64,000 nucleotides of DNA, from the NCBI RefSeq assembly GCF_000143415.4, contig NW_003314394.1, positions 37,694 to 101,693 on the forward strand, given 5' to 3'. Shown here piece after piece: positions 47,466 to 60,900 of this stretch; positions within the stretch are counted from its first letter, which is position 1, and each line of letters opens with the position of its first letter. The notes under the pieces are model-generated. The model had not been told where the DNA came from. It did not search any database and worked only from the letters and a program-made list of their open reading frames with translations. Both the position numbers and the translations under genes were made by a program. The stretch comes from Selaginella moellendorffii (lineage: Eukaryota; Plantae; Lycopodiophyta).

Positions 47466-48756
47466 AATCAAGTAACTCAAGAACAAAACAATAAATTATA
47501 TAAAGTTCTATTTTCTAAATGCATCTGTACTTCACTTGCTGTCTAATCAATTTTTGTTTGCTAGGCAGAAATTTTTTTTTCATCTAACAATGCTCAAAAC
47601 CTTAATGCAAATGTTCAATTTGTTTTTACTATTAGCGCTGTAACAAGCTTGACAAAGGCCTAGCAAACTCTGAAATAAAAATATGTTATTGCGTTAGCTC
47701 CTCTTAGATAAATGTTGTTAGATTTGGAAATGTTTAAGTTTTTAAATCAACGAGCAATAGAAATGGTAAGTTTGAAAGAACCCTAAGTAGGTGATACTTT
47801 AGGATTACTTCCATACTTATAAACCTAGATCAGATTAGTCGCAAGTTAATCTTATTTACATGGTATATACTGATACCATATATAGAGAGTTCACAAGTTA
47901 ATTTTTTCTTATATGGACGAATAAACATTGTGGTAATTGATTTGGAAATGACATTCTTTTAATGTAAATGTACCTGCTAGAGAAGACATGATTATCTATG
48001 ACAACATTATAAAGCTGTTGGTTGATTCTGAACTGTTTAAGTCTGAAATGTACAAAATACAAAATTTAAATTTTATCTCGTCAAACTTTTGAAAGGAAAT
48101 ACAGTGATAAACAGGAAATAACAGTCATAATGGAGTTCAAGAGGTGTCAAAGAAGTCTAGATTGTAGCCCAGAAATGGCCAAGGATGATGTTCTACCAGG
48201 CTTTATCTTTTGGTCGGAGAAATCACCACCTATAACTGCAAGGGTTTATAGGTCTTTTGCACCGCTGAGCTGTGCACAACGTGGAGCTACGAAATCGCGT
48301 CTATAACCAAGGCTCAGTTAAAGTGTGATCAATATGAGGGAAGTCACAACCATCTCATTCAACATCCTATCTATCTAGAAGCTCGATGAATATCTCTCCA
48401 AGAAGCCACGCTGGTATTGCCCAGAAAGAAAGAGAAACAGGCTGGGAGACGGATGCTGCTGGTGAAAAAAACTGAGAGGAACCGCTGACGCGTTGGCGAT
48501 GGCGCTGCCACCGACGCCATTGCTGCTGGAACGAAATTCGAGCAATTCAAGCAGGATCGAGCAAGGAGATGGATAGATTTGGTTTCTTCCTGGCCGAGCT
48601 CAGCGGTGTCTCTCTCGGGGGACCTGACCGACGACTTCATAAAAAAAAAACCAAAAATATGAAAAAAAGCTAAGTGATATCCTGGCCGTCCGTGCAAGGT
48701 GGATGGCCAGGATTTGGTGGGAACAGAGATTTTATTATAGAGGATGATAGTAATCA

Positions 48757-48942
48757 TTATTTCCCTCCGCCACCGCCACCGCCACCGCCACCACCGCCAC
48801 CGCCACCACCACCGCCGCCACCTCCACCGCCACCACCGCCGCCGCCACCACCGCCGCCTAAGAAACGGGCAGCCATTGCTACATTACAAGCAAGGAGGAG
48901 CAACACAACAAGAGTGAGAAGAAATCGTGCATGTCCAGCCAT
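48757..48942 (-). CDS. Secreted glycine-rich protein (signal peptide plus 32 consecutive Gly)
   Basis: MAGHARFLLTLVVLLLLACNVAMAARFL-G32-K*; hydrophobic signal peptide; mixed GGN codons; TATA-like TATAAAG upstream on the minus strand (~49000-49006). Confidence 0.75.
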   Translation of the reverse strand: MAGHARFLLTLVVLLLLACNVAMAARFLGGGGGGGGGGGGGGGGGGGGGGGGGGGGGGGGK

Positions 48943-49029
48943 GTTGTGATGCTTGATTGATTTGTGATAGTGGCATACGCTGTAGTGCTCATTTCAGGCC
49001 TTTATATCCTTTGTAGCGTTTCAAGTTTC

Positions 49030-49392
49030 CAAGTCAGTCAAGAAACAAAGTCAAGCACGGCACTGCTGCTGGTAGTAGAAATCTATAGACGAGCGAGGCA
49101 AAATAAGTCGTGATTACTAGAGATCTGTATGCGCTTCACGCCAAATGTAGCACGCCAGTCGTGCTGGTGGTTGGACGAGGGAGGCAAAACAAGTCGCGAT
49201 CTGTGTGCTTGACTGAACAACTGGTTAATTTCGTCTCGAGCTTGACCGACTTGCGATACTTGATTCAAGTCTCCGAGAAGCTGAAAGTCAGTCAAGCACG
49301 AGACGAGATGATCAGTTGTTCAGTGATCAAGCACTATCTCGTCTCGTGCTTGACTGACTTGCAGCTCCTCGGACACTTGAAACACTATAAAG
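49030..49392. promoter_or_regulatory. Candidate bidirectional promoter with six W-boxes and a 45-bp-arm inverted repeat
   Basis: TTGACY/RGTCAA at 49036, 49049, 49209, 49242, 49290 and 49350; arms 49265-49309 and 49336-49380; TATAAA at ~49387. Confidence 0.6.
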
Positions 49393-49404
49393 GACAGAAC
49401 TGAA

Positions 49405-49500
49405 ATGAGCGTATGCACCATCAAAGTGATCATGGCGAGGATGGCAGCCCTGATCTTGTTACTACTCATTCCAGTGTCCTCTGTAGTTGGCCAAGGCGGT

Positions 49501-49531
<31 letters not shown>

Positions 49532-49710
49532 GCGGAAGCAGCCCTGGTGGAGGCGGTGGAGGTGGTGGAGGCAGCAGTCCTGGTGGAGGTGGAGGTGGTG
49601 GCCAGGGTGGGCCTAGTTGTGGGGGAGCTCCACCTGGTGCTTCTGGAGGAAGTGGAAGTGGTGGTGGTGGTGGCGGTGGAGGAGGAGGTGGCCGTGGCTG
49701 CAAAAAGTGA
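49405..49710 (+). CDS. Secreted glycine-rich protein with GnSSP repeats and C-terminal Cys
   Basis: Signal peptide MARMAALILLLLIPVSSVVG, Gly runs separated by SSP, ends RGCKK; intact ORF with TATA box (start could be 49405 or 49432). Confidence 0.8.
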
Positions 49711-49889
49711 ATTCCACCATATCTGTCTCCTGTAGAACCGTCAGCTCAATCAAAACGTTTCCCCCCAGAAGTTCAAATTTATACTTTTCACTGGCCCTGT
49801 GCTTGGAGAATTTTACCTTTTGCTTAACCATTACATTTTCGAAAGTATTCTTTACTTAAAAAGGTTAAACCAGAGGTTTACTTAGTTAT

Positions 49890-50960
49890 CTCCACTTGCA
49901 ATGGCGTTTGTGGCCAAGCTACAGCTTGTCTCCTCAAGCTAGTAGCTCCTCTCAGGAATATAACTCACTGTGGAAAAAGTTTCAGTAGACATTTTTCAGG
50001 CCCAGTGCCATTCCTGGACATATCCTTCTCCCACACCAGCTCAAAATCCTGATCAATTTTGGATCAAGGCCAAAACCTTGCTGGTTCCTCCCAGAACCGC
50101 AGATCTCTCGCAGACAATAGTTGTGGCATCTTTGGGAACATTGTAACCAGCCAGAACACAATCTTGAGTTGACATTCTTGGCAACAGCAGCGGTGTAAAA
50201 GCATGAAGCCTGACTGTTTCCTTGACAACAGCTCTGAGGTATGGCAAGTTCAGAAAGTCATACTCCGTCACCATCTGGTTTGCCACCACAGCACCTAATT
50301 CCTCCTGTAACTTGGTCATGACATCTGGATTGTTGAGAAGATCAAGCAGTGCACAAGAACTGGTATCGGATCCCGCTGCTATAATTTCCTACAAGAGCAA
50401 TACATACATAATTTAAAATTGTTTAAAAAATGCATTAATTTTTTCCGGTTGGATTTGCGTCAATTATTTTTTCGAGGAACTTGCTTAGTGACAAGTTTTC
50501 GCGCTCGGAGTCTGCTCCAGTCTATCCATCTGAGACAAGGTGGTAAGAAATCACTTATATGGAACTGAAGAGCAATCCAGGCCGATTCATCTATTACTTC
50601 CTTCAATACTTTAGCTTCGGCTATGTCATCATTGGTTGCATGCTCCTTGAAGAATCTCTTGCTCATAACGATTTGTGATATCATGTTGAATGACATGGCT
50701 GCAATAACTTCCCTCACATCGATTACACTTTGCTGATCATGAACCTTGATTATTAGAGATGAGATTGCATTGGAACCTCTTTAAGTTGGAAGCTCCAGAA
50801 AGATTGTAGGTGTCTCGTCGTGAAGAGCTCGGTGCTGCAAATCTTCCTTATGTTCTTCCACTGATCAGCTGTTGCCAATGTGACACCCTTGAAGTTGTAG
50901 GTGGTGAATTCCCCAGCTCGAAGATAAGGCTTGGAAGCAAATGTATCATTGTGACCGAGA
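49890..50960 (-). pseudogene. Cytochrome P450 (A-type, CYP71 clan-like) pseudogene
   Basis: WKNIRKICSTELF, I-helix AAGSDTSS, K-helix KETVRLH, PLLLPR, heme remnant GRRICPGMALG (~50000-50035); deletions and frameshifts. Confidence 0.9.
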
Positions 50961-51124
50961 AGTGAAGCAAGAGTTTGAGTGTGATATAGAGGTTGATGCG
51001 TTCATGCAACTTTACTTCTTGTAGGGTTTTGATCATGTCCATATTAACTTTATTTGTTAAATTTAAAATATAAGTTCTTTTAATTATACCTATATAAACA
51101 TTTTGGTTTGCTTAAACATTTTGG

Positions 51125-54050
51125 TTGTAGGGCATGACGGGAGAATCCGCAAGATATGCAGGGGTGATTCAGGCAAGAAGTCGACAACATCAAGAGATCT
51201 TGGGCTGGGATGTGGCAACAAAGGGTTAGGTTGTGTCTCACCTCTTTTCACCGTGATTAGTGGATAATTAGTAGAGTGAGAGAGAGCGATCAAGCTTGTA
51301 AGCTTGCTCTTTACTGAGGATCTGGAGTAAGAGTGTTGTAGGTTGCGGTAAGCCTGTGGAAACAAGGTGACCCCAAGCCTTTCTACTCAGTTCTTTGGAG
51401 TGTGCCAGATTGGAGCTCGTGGGATTTTTGCCAGCAGAGGTGGGGTGCTGCTGATGTCTGGGCAGGAATTTTGAGAGACCCAACTGGGTTTCTTGGCATT
51501 TCCATCAGCTCGCCATCAATGGGAAAGGTGGGGTGAATTACTATGTGCTACTTGTTTTCCCCTTATCTATGAGGTAGCTCATTGTGCACCACATGGACAA
51601 GAATGGGTCCGACATGGGAAAATGGCAATTACGACCATCCCTTGGTATTAGAGGGTTAGAAGATAAAAATATCGTTGAAATAAGCTTGGAATAGAAAGAT
51701 CCTCAAGATTGGCTAATGACATTATTTATAGCAAAATAGGTCAATGGGTGGTCAGTTTATAGCAAGTTGTTATGGGCTAAGAGCACCATAGCCACTAGGC
51801 TAGCAAGAGTTTGGTGGAATTCTTCAAAATCTTCTATCCTAGGGAATCCAAAGGGAAGTGAGATTAGGCTGAATTGGTTTGAATGTAAGTTTGGGGATTG
51901 TTTCCTGAGCCAGCGGAGTAGAGGTGCATGGTGGTCAAGGAAACTGCTGCACGAATTGGCAACTAGGGAGAACAAGACAATTTGAACTTTTGCAGTTTAG
52001 TAAGTTGAAAGTATAGCTCTGGCCATCAATGTCACGAATTGGACTCAAGGAGTATTTTGTGGAGGGACTGCAAACACCTTTAAAGGATTGCATAAAAAAT
52101 ACACTCCCCCAAGCAGTAGAATTTGAATTGCGAGAATGGTTCTATGAAACAGAGATACCTTGCAGCAATAGAATCTTCAAAAATGAAGGTCTCAGAGGAT
52201 GCAGCGACAAAGAAGTTGAGGGAGGAAGTCAAAGGGTTTACCACAACACTCACACATGAAATCAAGGCACAACTCACGAAGAGGGATCATCAATTGGCTC
52301 CATTGGGCAAAAAGATGGTAGATTAAGGGCAAAGTGGTAGGAAGACTTCAAGTGTGGAGGAGATCATTGGGCTTGGGACTACTTGTAGTGGCAATAGACC
52401 TTAACAACCAATGTGCCTTGATTAGGGAGCCAATAGAAGATGAAGATGATCTGGAAGAGTTGATTGAGCAAGAAGCCTCTAGGGAGGAGACATCTGTCTC
52501 TATGCTATAAATTGGGGAGTAGAAGAGGATGGATGAGTGGCTTAAGAAGGCCATGGCTGATAAGAAAGAGGTTGCTGCAAAAGCTAAGTTCATGAGAGTC
52601 AAAGCCAGAAATGCAAGAAATGTTGAAGGAGTCACCTATGCAATTGCAGCTATAGAAAATCTTAACCACAGATGATGGTTGAAGGGCTTAAAGACTCTTG
52701 GTGAAACAGGTTGATGAGGATCGATACTAGGACAAAGTAGAATGGAAACAAACTTAAGTAGAGAAGATAAAAGGGCATTTGTATTGTTCAAAGGGAATTT
52801 GCCTATGTGGCCATATGGGATCATAGAGACTACTATTTGAGGTTGGAAGGTGGAGACACTCTTGGATTTAGGGGCAAACCATGATCAATGCTCAATTGAA
52901 CAGCTTGTTGAGCTTAAACCAGCAATAGTTCTGGGGGCCAATGGTGAACCAATGCATACACTTGGTTCCATCATAGTTTTTAAATCTAGGTAAGCCTAGT
53001 AGAGATTAGGATCATAGTTGTTGTGAACAACCAAGATTGTTTCTTCATGCTTTTCGGGTTGGAGGCTCATATACTCTTGAATGGGTATTTAAAGCCTCAT
53101 AAGCAATTGTTCTGATTATACTAGTGATGGGAAGAAGTTCCAAGTACTAGTAACAATCTATACATATTACAACATCAAAGAAAGAACCATCTACCTAACC
53201 AGTAGGACTATAGAATTTACCCAGGCTAAGAAGGCAATGGAAGTTGCAATGGAATATTGGCAGGGGCAACTGCAAATAAGATCTCCAATTTATTACACAA
53301 GGTTGAGGAGAAGCTACACCATGACTCAAGTAGCTAAGAAGAAGAAGGAAATCTTTAAGAAAGGTGTAAAAGCAACAGTTGAGGAGGATGAAATGGCAAT
53401 AAATGTGAAGATTGGGAATTTGGTTGTGACAGATGCAGAATTGATGGAACATGTATAGGCCATGATTAGTGAGCATAAGGCGGTGTTCCAGCAGGTGGGA
53501 TGGGAATTCCGTTGGTGGAACACAGAATTGGCACTAGGGATGCCACACCAATTGAAAAGGCAGCATATTGGTACTTGGAGATGGAAACTAAGGCAATTAA
53601 TAATAGTGTAGACATAATGCTATAAGCAGGATTGGTGGATGTCAGTGGTAGAGATTGTTTTTTTTTTTTCCAGTAAGTGAAGAAAACAAGAAGAAAATGA
53701 GAAGATTCAAAAAGAATATATGAATATTCTAAAGGAATCTGCATAGTTACTTGCGGAGGTGGACAGTGTTGTTAGGGGGTGCATGCAAAGAAGGAAGGAG
53801 CAGGAGAGATGTCACCTAAGAGAGAAGGCAGTATAGAGGTATGGGCACAGGAGAGAGCTAACAGAATCACCAGGTGGTTGTGAGTAAGGAGACAAATGGA
53901 GCACACACGTCTTGTTGGTGAGTAGAGGGTGGAGACAATCTGTTTGCATTGTGGGCAAGTGTGGCTGAGGCTTCTGGCTGATCTATTGGTTGAGCTTCTT
54001 TATGATGAATAGAAAGCCTCTTGCTCACCCCTTTTTCTTGGGTTTTATTT
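51125..54050 (+). mobile_element. Decayed gypsy element (LTR, iMet PBS, gag/protease remnants)
   Basis: TGGTATTAGAG at ~51643 (iMet PBS variant); gag-like LKEYFVEGLQTPLKD; protease-like TLLDLGAN near 52857; GTGGTTGTGAG near 53874. Confidence 0.65.
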
Positions 54051-57000
54051 TTTTTAGTGTTAGTGGAACCTTCAGTATTGTGCTTCCCAGGCACCAAAGT
54101 TAGATGGCAGCTTGTGGATACAAACCCTTAAAACAATATGACTTCCAATATATTTAAACCACAAAAAATCACTACCACATGTGATAAACTGAAACTCTCT
54201 TGAAGGGAAGAGAGCATGGAGATGAGAGGGAGAACAAACAATCAATGCTACAACTTTTGTGATTGACTAGCGCTAGATTTTTAGTTTCTAGTTTAAGAAA
54301 AATTGTTTTATACCACTTAAATTTTAGTCATTAAAATGAGAGTAGTTGTTATTTGTGACTCAAAAAAAAAAAGGAATTGATGTGCATTAAAGAATTTAGT
54401 TGGAAAATGAAGTCATTAAATTTAGTTGTTCTTTATAACTAAAGAACTAGCTATAAAATAAAGTTGAAAATAGTAGCCATAATAACAAGTGAAAATATTT
54501 ATTCATAATTTATATTAATTTGTTGAAAATTATATTCATAATTTATGTTTGAATTCTATACTATCATGTTGAAAAATTAGTCATAATTTATATTTGATTT
54601 TATATTATCTTTTTGAAAATATTAGTCATAATTTATATTGTGATTTGAATTGTTAAATACAAATTTTAGTTAAAAAATTAATTATTAAAAGATTTAAATA
54701 TTAATTTAAATTATTATTTCTTATATGAATGTTGTAGCCATAATTCTCAACCTAAAATAAAATTTCAGAAATTTGGAAAAAAAATTAAACTACTTACAAG
54801 CTTATTTCAAAGACTTCCAATTCCTCTAGAGCCATTTTTGTTGATATTTTTCACTTGTTGTTATACTACTATTTGCTTTAAATTGTTTTTTCCAACTTAC
54901 TTTTCCACATACCTTTTAACAACTTCAAAACCTTCTTCATTGAGTTTTAACCACAATCCTCCACCTTCCTTTGTTTAATCAAACAATACATATAAAATTT
55001 TGCTAAAATTTTAAATTGTTCTCCCATCCAGCTTTTGCTAATACCACCACCAAAACAATCTTTTATATATTGTGGCCAAGTGTTGAGGCTGTTGGGCAGC
55101 AAAAACAAAGAGTAAGAATCAAAAGTCTTTTAAAAGTGCTTGTGATGGCTGTGAGTGTCGAGGTTGGAGGGATATAACTGGCTACCTTAGGGCTAAGACC
55201 AAGTGGAGAGGCTGTTCGGCTGTAAAACAGAAATAAAAATCAAAAGTTTTTTAAAAAACTTTACTTGAGTGTGTTGGAGGGTTATTGGCTGCTCTAGGCC
55301 TAAGACCAATGTTTGGCTGCCAAAAATAAAGAGAATCAAAAGTCTTTTAAAAAACTTTACCTGGGGCTACTTGTGATGACTTTGTTAGGAAGGCTGTGTA
55401 GAGCTAGCCACCCCTAGAAAAAACCAAAAATTAAAGGTGACAAAAAATTAAAAGTTTTATTTACCTAGACCTGAGTGTTGAGGGTGCTCTAGCAAGTGTC
55501 TAGGTTGCTGGGCTGCACAAAGAAGAATTATAAAACACAGCAATTTTAAAAAGCACTTTACCTGGAGTTACTACTAAGTGTGATGGTTGTTGGGAAGGCT
55601 AAGAACTCCCTAAAAACAAATGAAATCAAGGTGAAAGTTTGAAAGTTTGTATCATTTAGAGTAAAAAATGGGAAAACACTTATTCTCAAACAAGTTTATC
55701 AACTCAAGTTCATATATCTTTTGAAGATGTGATGAATTTACTTCACACTCTTTCAAAGATATTCTTGGTTGAAGTGTAGTAAGATTTCTAAGTTCAACCT
55801 CTTATGTACTTAGAAATAATATTGGATCTTTATTAGTATTTATGGTCTTAGAGCTAGAAATGTCAACTCCAACTAAATACTCAATTAACTTTTTTTTCTA
55901 CAAATAGATAAAAATAAAAAATTATGATAACTAAATAGTTACTTACTATTTAAATCTTGGAGGAGTTTTTGAACTATTGGAGATGGATTTTTGACTTGAG
56001 AAATTTTGAAGCAATATTTCGTTTGGATAATATAAATAGTAAAATGAAGAATAGAAAAAAAAATTACCTTCATTGTCATTTTGATTTTGTTTATAGCAAA
56101 ATATCTAATATTTGAGATGTAGCTTTGTCGGAAGTAGGATTAAAAAGAGTTTCTTCTAAAACCTCCTCATGTACCTCTTGTGAATTCTCAATAACATCTA
56201 AATAATAACAATTCAATAGAAAATAAAAATTCTAATCAAATTTATTACTTGAGAGGGATCCTGCTTTTTATTTTTCTAGTTTACAAGGTTTTTACAATTA
56301 CTTTTACTTTATTTGTATGGAATTTTTTGGTTCACGTACCTTGAAAGTAAAATTCAAAAGAACATCATAAGTGAATCTCCAACATAAACCAAAAAGCAAA
56401 ATCTAAAGTTCATATTGATCTAGACCATACCTCAATTGTTGCTGCAAAATTCCTATTGATCTCTAGATCAAGGCATGGAAGTGTTCAAATGCAGCACAAG
56501 TGATGGCAGCCCAGTGTGATCAGTTGTACAATCTCATGAATTCTCTGTAGATTATTGCCAAAATCCCTAAATTACATAACCCTACCACTCACATAACTCA
56601 CAAAACCATAGTGGGGATTGAGGACAGCAGTGATGAGAGGATGGTGTGCTTTGACCAAGCCACCTATGTAGTGACATCATCAGACATATGCACATATGCA
56701 ACAGCCTTTAGATCCTACTCATGGACACAAACCTTCATAGCATATAAAAAGTTAAAACTATTTTAAAACTGTTATTACTCTGGAGCTTCTCTCAATTTTG
56801 TGTCACCATTTTATTTAGCCTTCCTGTGGACAAAGCAATCTTGTCTAAAGTAAGATGTGTGCCACTTGATAGTTTTGAGGAAGAGAACTATACCAATTGG
56901 TGGCATAATCCTTTTATGGAGCTATCAAACGAGAGTTTAAATCCAGCATCACTTGGGAACAGAGAAAAAGTGCCATTGATATTGCATGCCTGACTGCAAA

Positions 57001-57984
57001 CACAATTAGTGAGACAAAGCCACTATCACCAGCTTGACATATGCTAAAGTTGGGAAAAAATTCCCAACAAACAACATGTCACAAATAGAGAGGTCAATAG
57101 GCTTGATTCAATTCTTTTTAGTTATGTCTTACCATGATCAAATTTTATTGCAATGCAATTGCAAATTAGTAAAGATTATTATTTTTAAACATTTGATAAA
57201 TAATAATTACACTCTTAATTAGTACCTAGAATATTCAAGTATATTCTAGGATATTTCTCAATCAAATGCTGATTTACTCCCGTTTTTAATCAAGGCTTAA
57301 CATTCAATGGTGCTGGATTGCTGTAACACAACAATCCTCTCCACACTTGCCTCACATGGGTGGCAACTTATTATATACATCAGGGTAAGTTTTGGCTATG
57401 GCCCATCTCCTTGGGTGCCAAATGTATGGCCAAAGGAGCAAGAGAAGGAGAGAAACTCTATAGCTCTTCCATGCCATAGGATAGGGATTTGGAGATTGGA
57501 GCATGCTTGCATTGTGGTAGCTGGCTACAATGGAGGGTTGTGCATAGTGGTGCTGGTGATAACAAGGAGAGCTTTCTTTTCATTCTTTTTTTCAAATTTC
57601 ATGTATCCATATATGATTCATGTGTAATATTTTTTCTTCTCATTGTTGCCTGTATTTACTGGAGGTATTTTTGGCTGTATTTGCTCCTTACAGGATTCGA
57701 ACCCTAGATCTGTGGTAAGATCTACCATGCATGTGCATACATGCATGGGCATCCAGGATTGGTATGGACCCATGCCTAAATTAGTTTCTTGGATTAGCTG
57801 CAAGGTTGACCAGATTAATTTCCATATAAAAGTAGGGTTTCTAGGACTTTGTACTTAGAGTGTTCAACACAATTCTTTCTTCCTTAATCTTTTCCTTTGT
57901 ATTTGTCTTTTGATTTTGTATTTTTCCTCGTCATCTCCTTCTCTCGCTAACAAGCTCCTAACAGTTTGAACACTTTGATATCTA

Positions 57985-60900
57985 TGGCTTCCTCAGATCC
58001 TCTTGTTCAGCTTCAATCAGATCTTGATGCTCTATGGAAGTCATATCAAGTGTTGGAGCAATCCAACACTGCTCTTCAGTCACAGCTTCAACAAGTTCTT
58101 TAGTACTAGCAACAGCTCCCTTCCTCTGAGCCAAAGATTGGTATGCTGGCAAAGTTTGATGGCACATGGTCTGAGTTTCGTGGTTTCCTCAACCAAGTGA
58201 GGCTTTGGATTGCTATGCAGCTTGGCCTTTATTTGACTCCAACTTCTTGTGCAGAACTGATTGGATCTCTTCTCACAGGGACTCCTCTTTCTTGGTTCTT
58301 CACTCTTTTTGAGAAGAATGATCATGTCCTCCAAGATTTTGATCTTTTTGTTTAGTGTTTCACCAGCATGTTCAGCGATTGAGAGCACACTACCATCAAC
58401 AAGCTGCAGCAATTGCGTCAAAGTTCTAAGTTTGCATCTGCCTATGCTTCTAAGTTCTAGATGGTTGCCACCGACATCTCGTGAGATGATGCAGCTCTCA
58501 AAGAACACTTTTGGCTTGGTTTGCATGATGATGTGAACAATTTGATGCTTTCTCATCCAGATCCTACATCTCTCACAATGGCCATTGATCTTGCTGTTCA
58601 GTGGATGTGTTGGAATATCTGTTGGAATGTCGTCCAACTTTTGTTCCACATCAGCACCCCCCAAATGCCATCACCTCCACAAACTCAGTCTTATGTGTGA
58701 TAATCCTTGATGAAATTTTTCGACTGTCCACCACTTCAGCACAAGTTGGATGTTGTGTAGATTGAATATGAATACCATGAGAAACTACAAACTCCATATC
58801 GATGAAGTTTGCATTGGCAACACTATCTCCTAAGACCCAAAAAGAAAACTCAGTGTTAGAAGTCTGAAAATGAGTGGTGGTATGAAAAAGGTTGACAGAT
58901 GCAAGAAGAAGGAACTGTGTCAAGATGAGGGAGAGAAGATGAGTTGTCCAGTCGAACAACTCTTAATTTGACTGGACATCCTTATTTTCCCAAAACTAAT
59001 GGTGCAGCATCCACCATGCAAGCTTGGGGTTTTTGTGCTTGTGATCTCGGTGGAAGACGAGGACACTGCTGCCAGATGTGATCCACATCACCACAATATA
59101 TACATAAATGGTTCTTGATCCGATGTTGTCTCTCAGCATGAGAGAGACATCACTGTCAAGTAGCTCCAATCTCCATTGGAACTACACCTAGCTCATCTCG
59201 TTGTAGCATCTCCTTCGACATTGTGTCCATCTCAAAAACCTTTGTGATCCTTGGTCTTCTTTAGTTTGAGCTTGTGAACTCGATGGTAGATTGGAAGTGG
59301 CGTGAGATTGATTGGACAATTCTTCCCTTTTCTAAGTCCTCTTCTCATGCTTCTCCAATGTAGATCTCTCATATCTCTCTTCATGAGTTTCGAGATGCAT
59401 GCCACCAAGATCTTGATTCTGTCTCCGCCATTGCTACTCATCTAGCATCATCTTCATCTGTCAAGAACAAATCCACTTTTCCCTCCAAGTACACTGACTT
59501 CGAGGATGTTTTTGACAAAAGAAAGCTAATCTCTTGCCACCGCATTGATCTTATGATTGTCTTATTGATCTTGTGGAGGGGAAGTCACCACTTTTTGGTC
59601 CCATTTACATTCTTTCACTGGCAGAGTTGGAAGCATTACATGGACACATCAAGGAAAACTTTTCCAAAGGTTTTATTTGGCATTCTCAATCTCCAGCTGG
59701 TGCACCTGTCTTCTTTGTATCCAAAAGGGATAGGTCCTTTCGTTTGGTGGTTGATTACTACGGCCTCAAGAAAGTCACCATCCCAAACTGGTATCCACTT
59801 CCATTGATACTGGAGATGTTGGCATGACTATCCAAGGCTCGATTCTTCACCAAGATCGACTTGTGTGGTGCTTACAACCTTATCCACATTCAAGAGGGTG
59901 ATGAATGGAAGACAATATTTCGGACATGCTATAGACACTTTGAGTACATGGTGATGTTTTTTGATCTGACCAATGCTCCTACTATCTTCCAACATATGGT
60001 GAATGATGTCTTTTGTGATTTTTTCGATCTCTTTGTTGTCATTTATCTTGATGACATCCTTATCTTTTCAGAGACTCAAGTCATGTTCACCTTATGCTCC
60101 AACGTCTTCGACAACATGGATTATTTGTGAAGCTAGAAAAGTGCTTCTTTGATCAAAATTTGGTGGAGTTCCTAGGTTACATTGTCTCCTCATCACTATG
60201 GATCCTACCAAGGTTTCTACCATTCTTGATTGGTAGCATCCGACTTTTGTTCGTGAGGTTCAATGCTTCCTCAGCTTTACGAACTTTTATTGGCGTTCCA
60301 TTTGTGACTTCTCCAAAATTGCGTTTCCTATAATGCAACTTACCACAAAAGCTACTTCTTTTGTATGGTTTGTTGCTGCTCAAATTCCCTTGACTTTTGA
60401 AAGGTTGCATTCACTTCAGTTCCAGTTCCCATTCATCCGAACAATCCAAAGCCTTATATTGTGGAAGCAGATGCTTTGGTATGGTAGAAACCTTGGTAGG
60501 ATCCATAATGATGCCACATGAGGAGACAATGTAACCTAGGAACTCCACCAAATTTTGTGCAGTTGCAGAGATCAATTATGATATATTCAACAAGGAGCTT
60601 CTTGCAATTGTTGACTCTTTCGAGGCTTGGTGTCATTTCCTTGAAGGTTCTCCTCATGTGACCATTGTTTACAGTGATCATAAGAACCTTCAATATTGGT
60701 CCTCAGCACACATCTTCAACAGATGTCAAGCTTGTTGGGCACAATCACTTTCTCATTTCCGGTTTGTGATTACACATCGTCTGGGAAAAGCCAATGGTAA
60801 GGCTAATGCTCTCACTCAATGCAGCTTTCTTACTCTATCTCCAGGGGAACCTGCTTTTGAGATGCAATAGTGATCATAAGAACCTTCAATATTGGTCCTC

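Noticed and set aside
48674-49703. Poly-proline/extensin ORFs (48674-48949 +, 49320-49703 -)
   Set aside because: Antisense shadows of the Gly-rich genes, which have the signal peptides and TATA boxes.
57644-57869. Short LTR (TGTTG...CAACA) with no tRNA PBS, suggesting self-priming
   Set aside because: No second LTR is available to define boundaries because of the gap.
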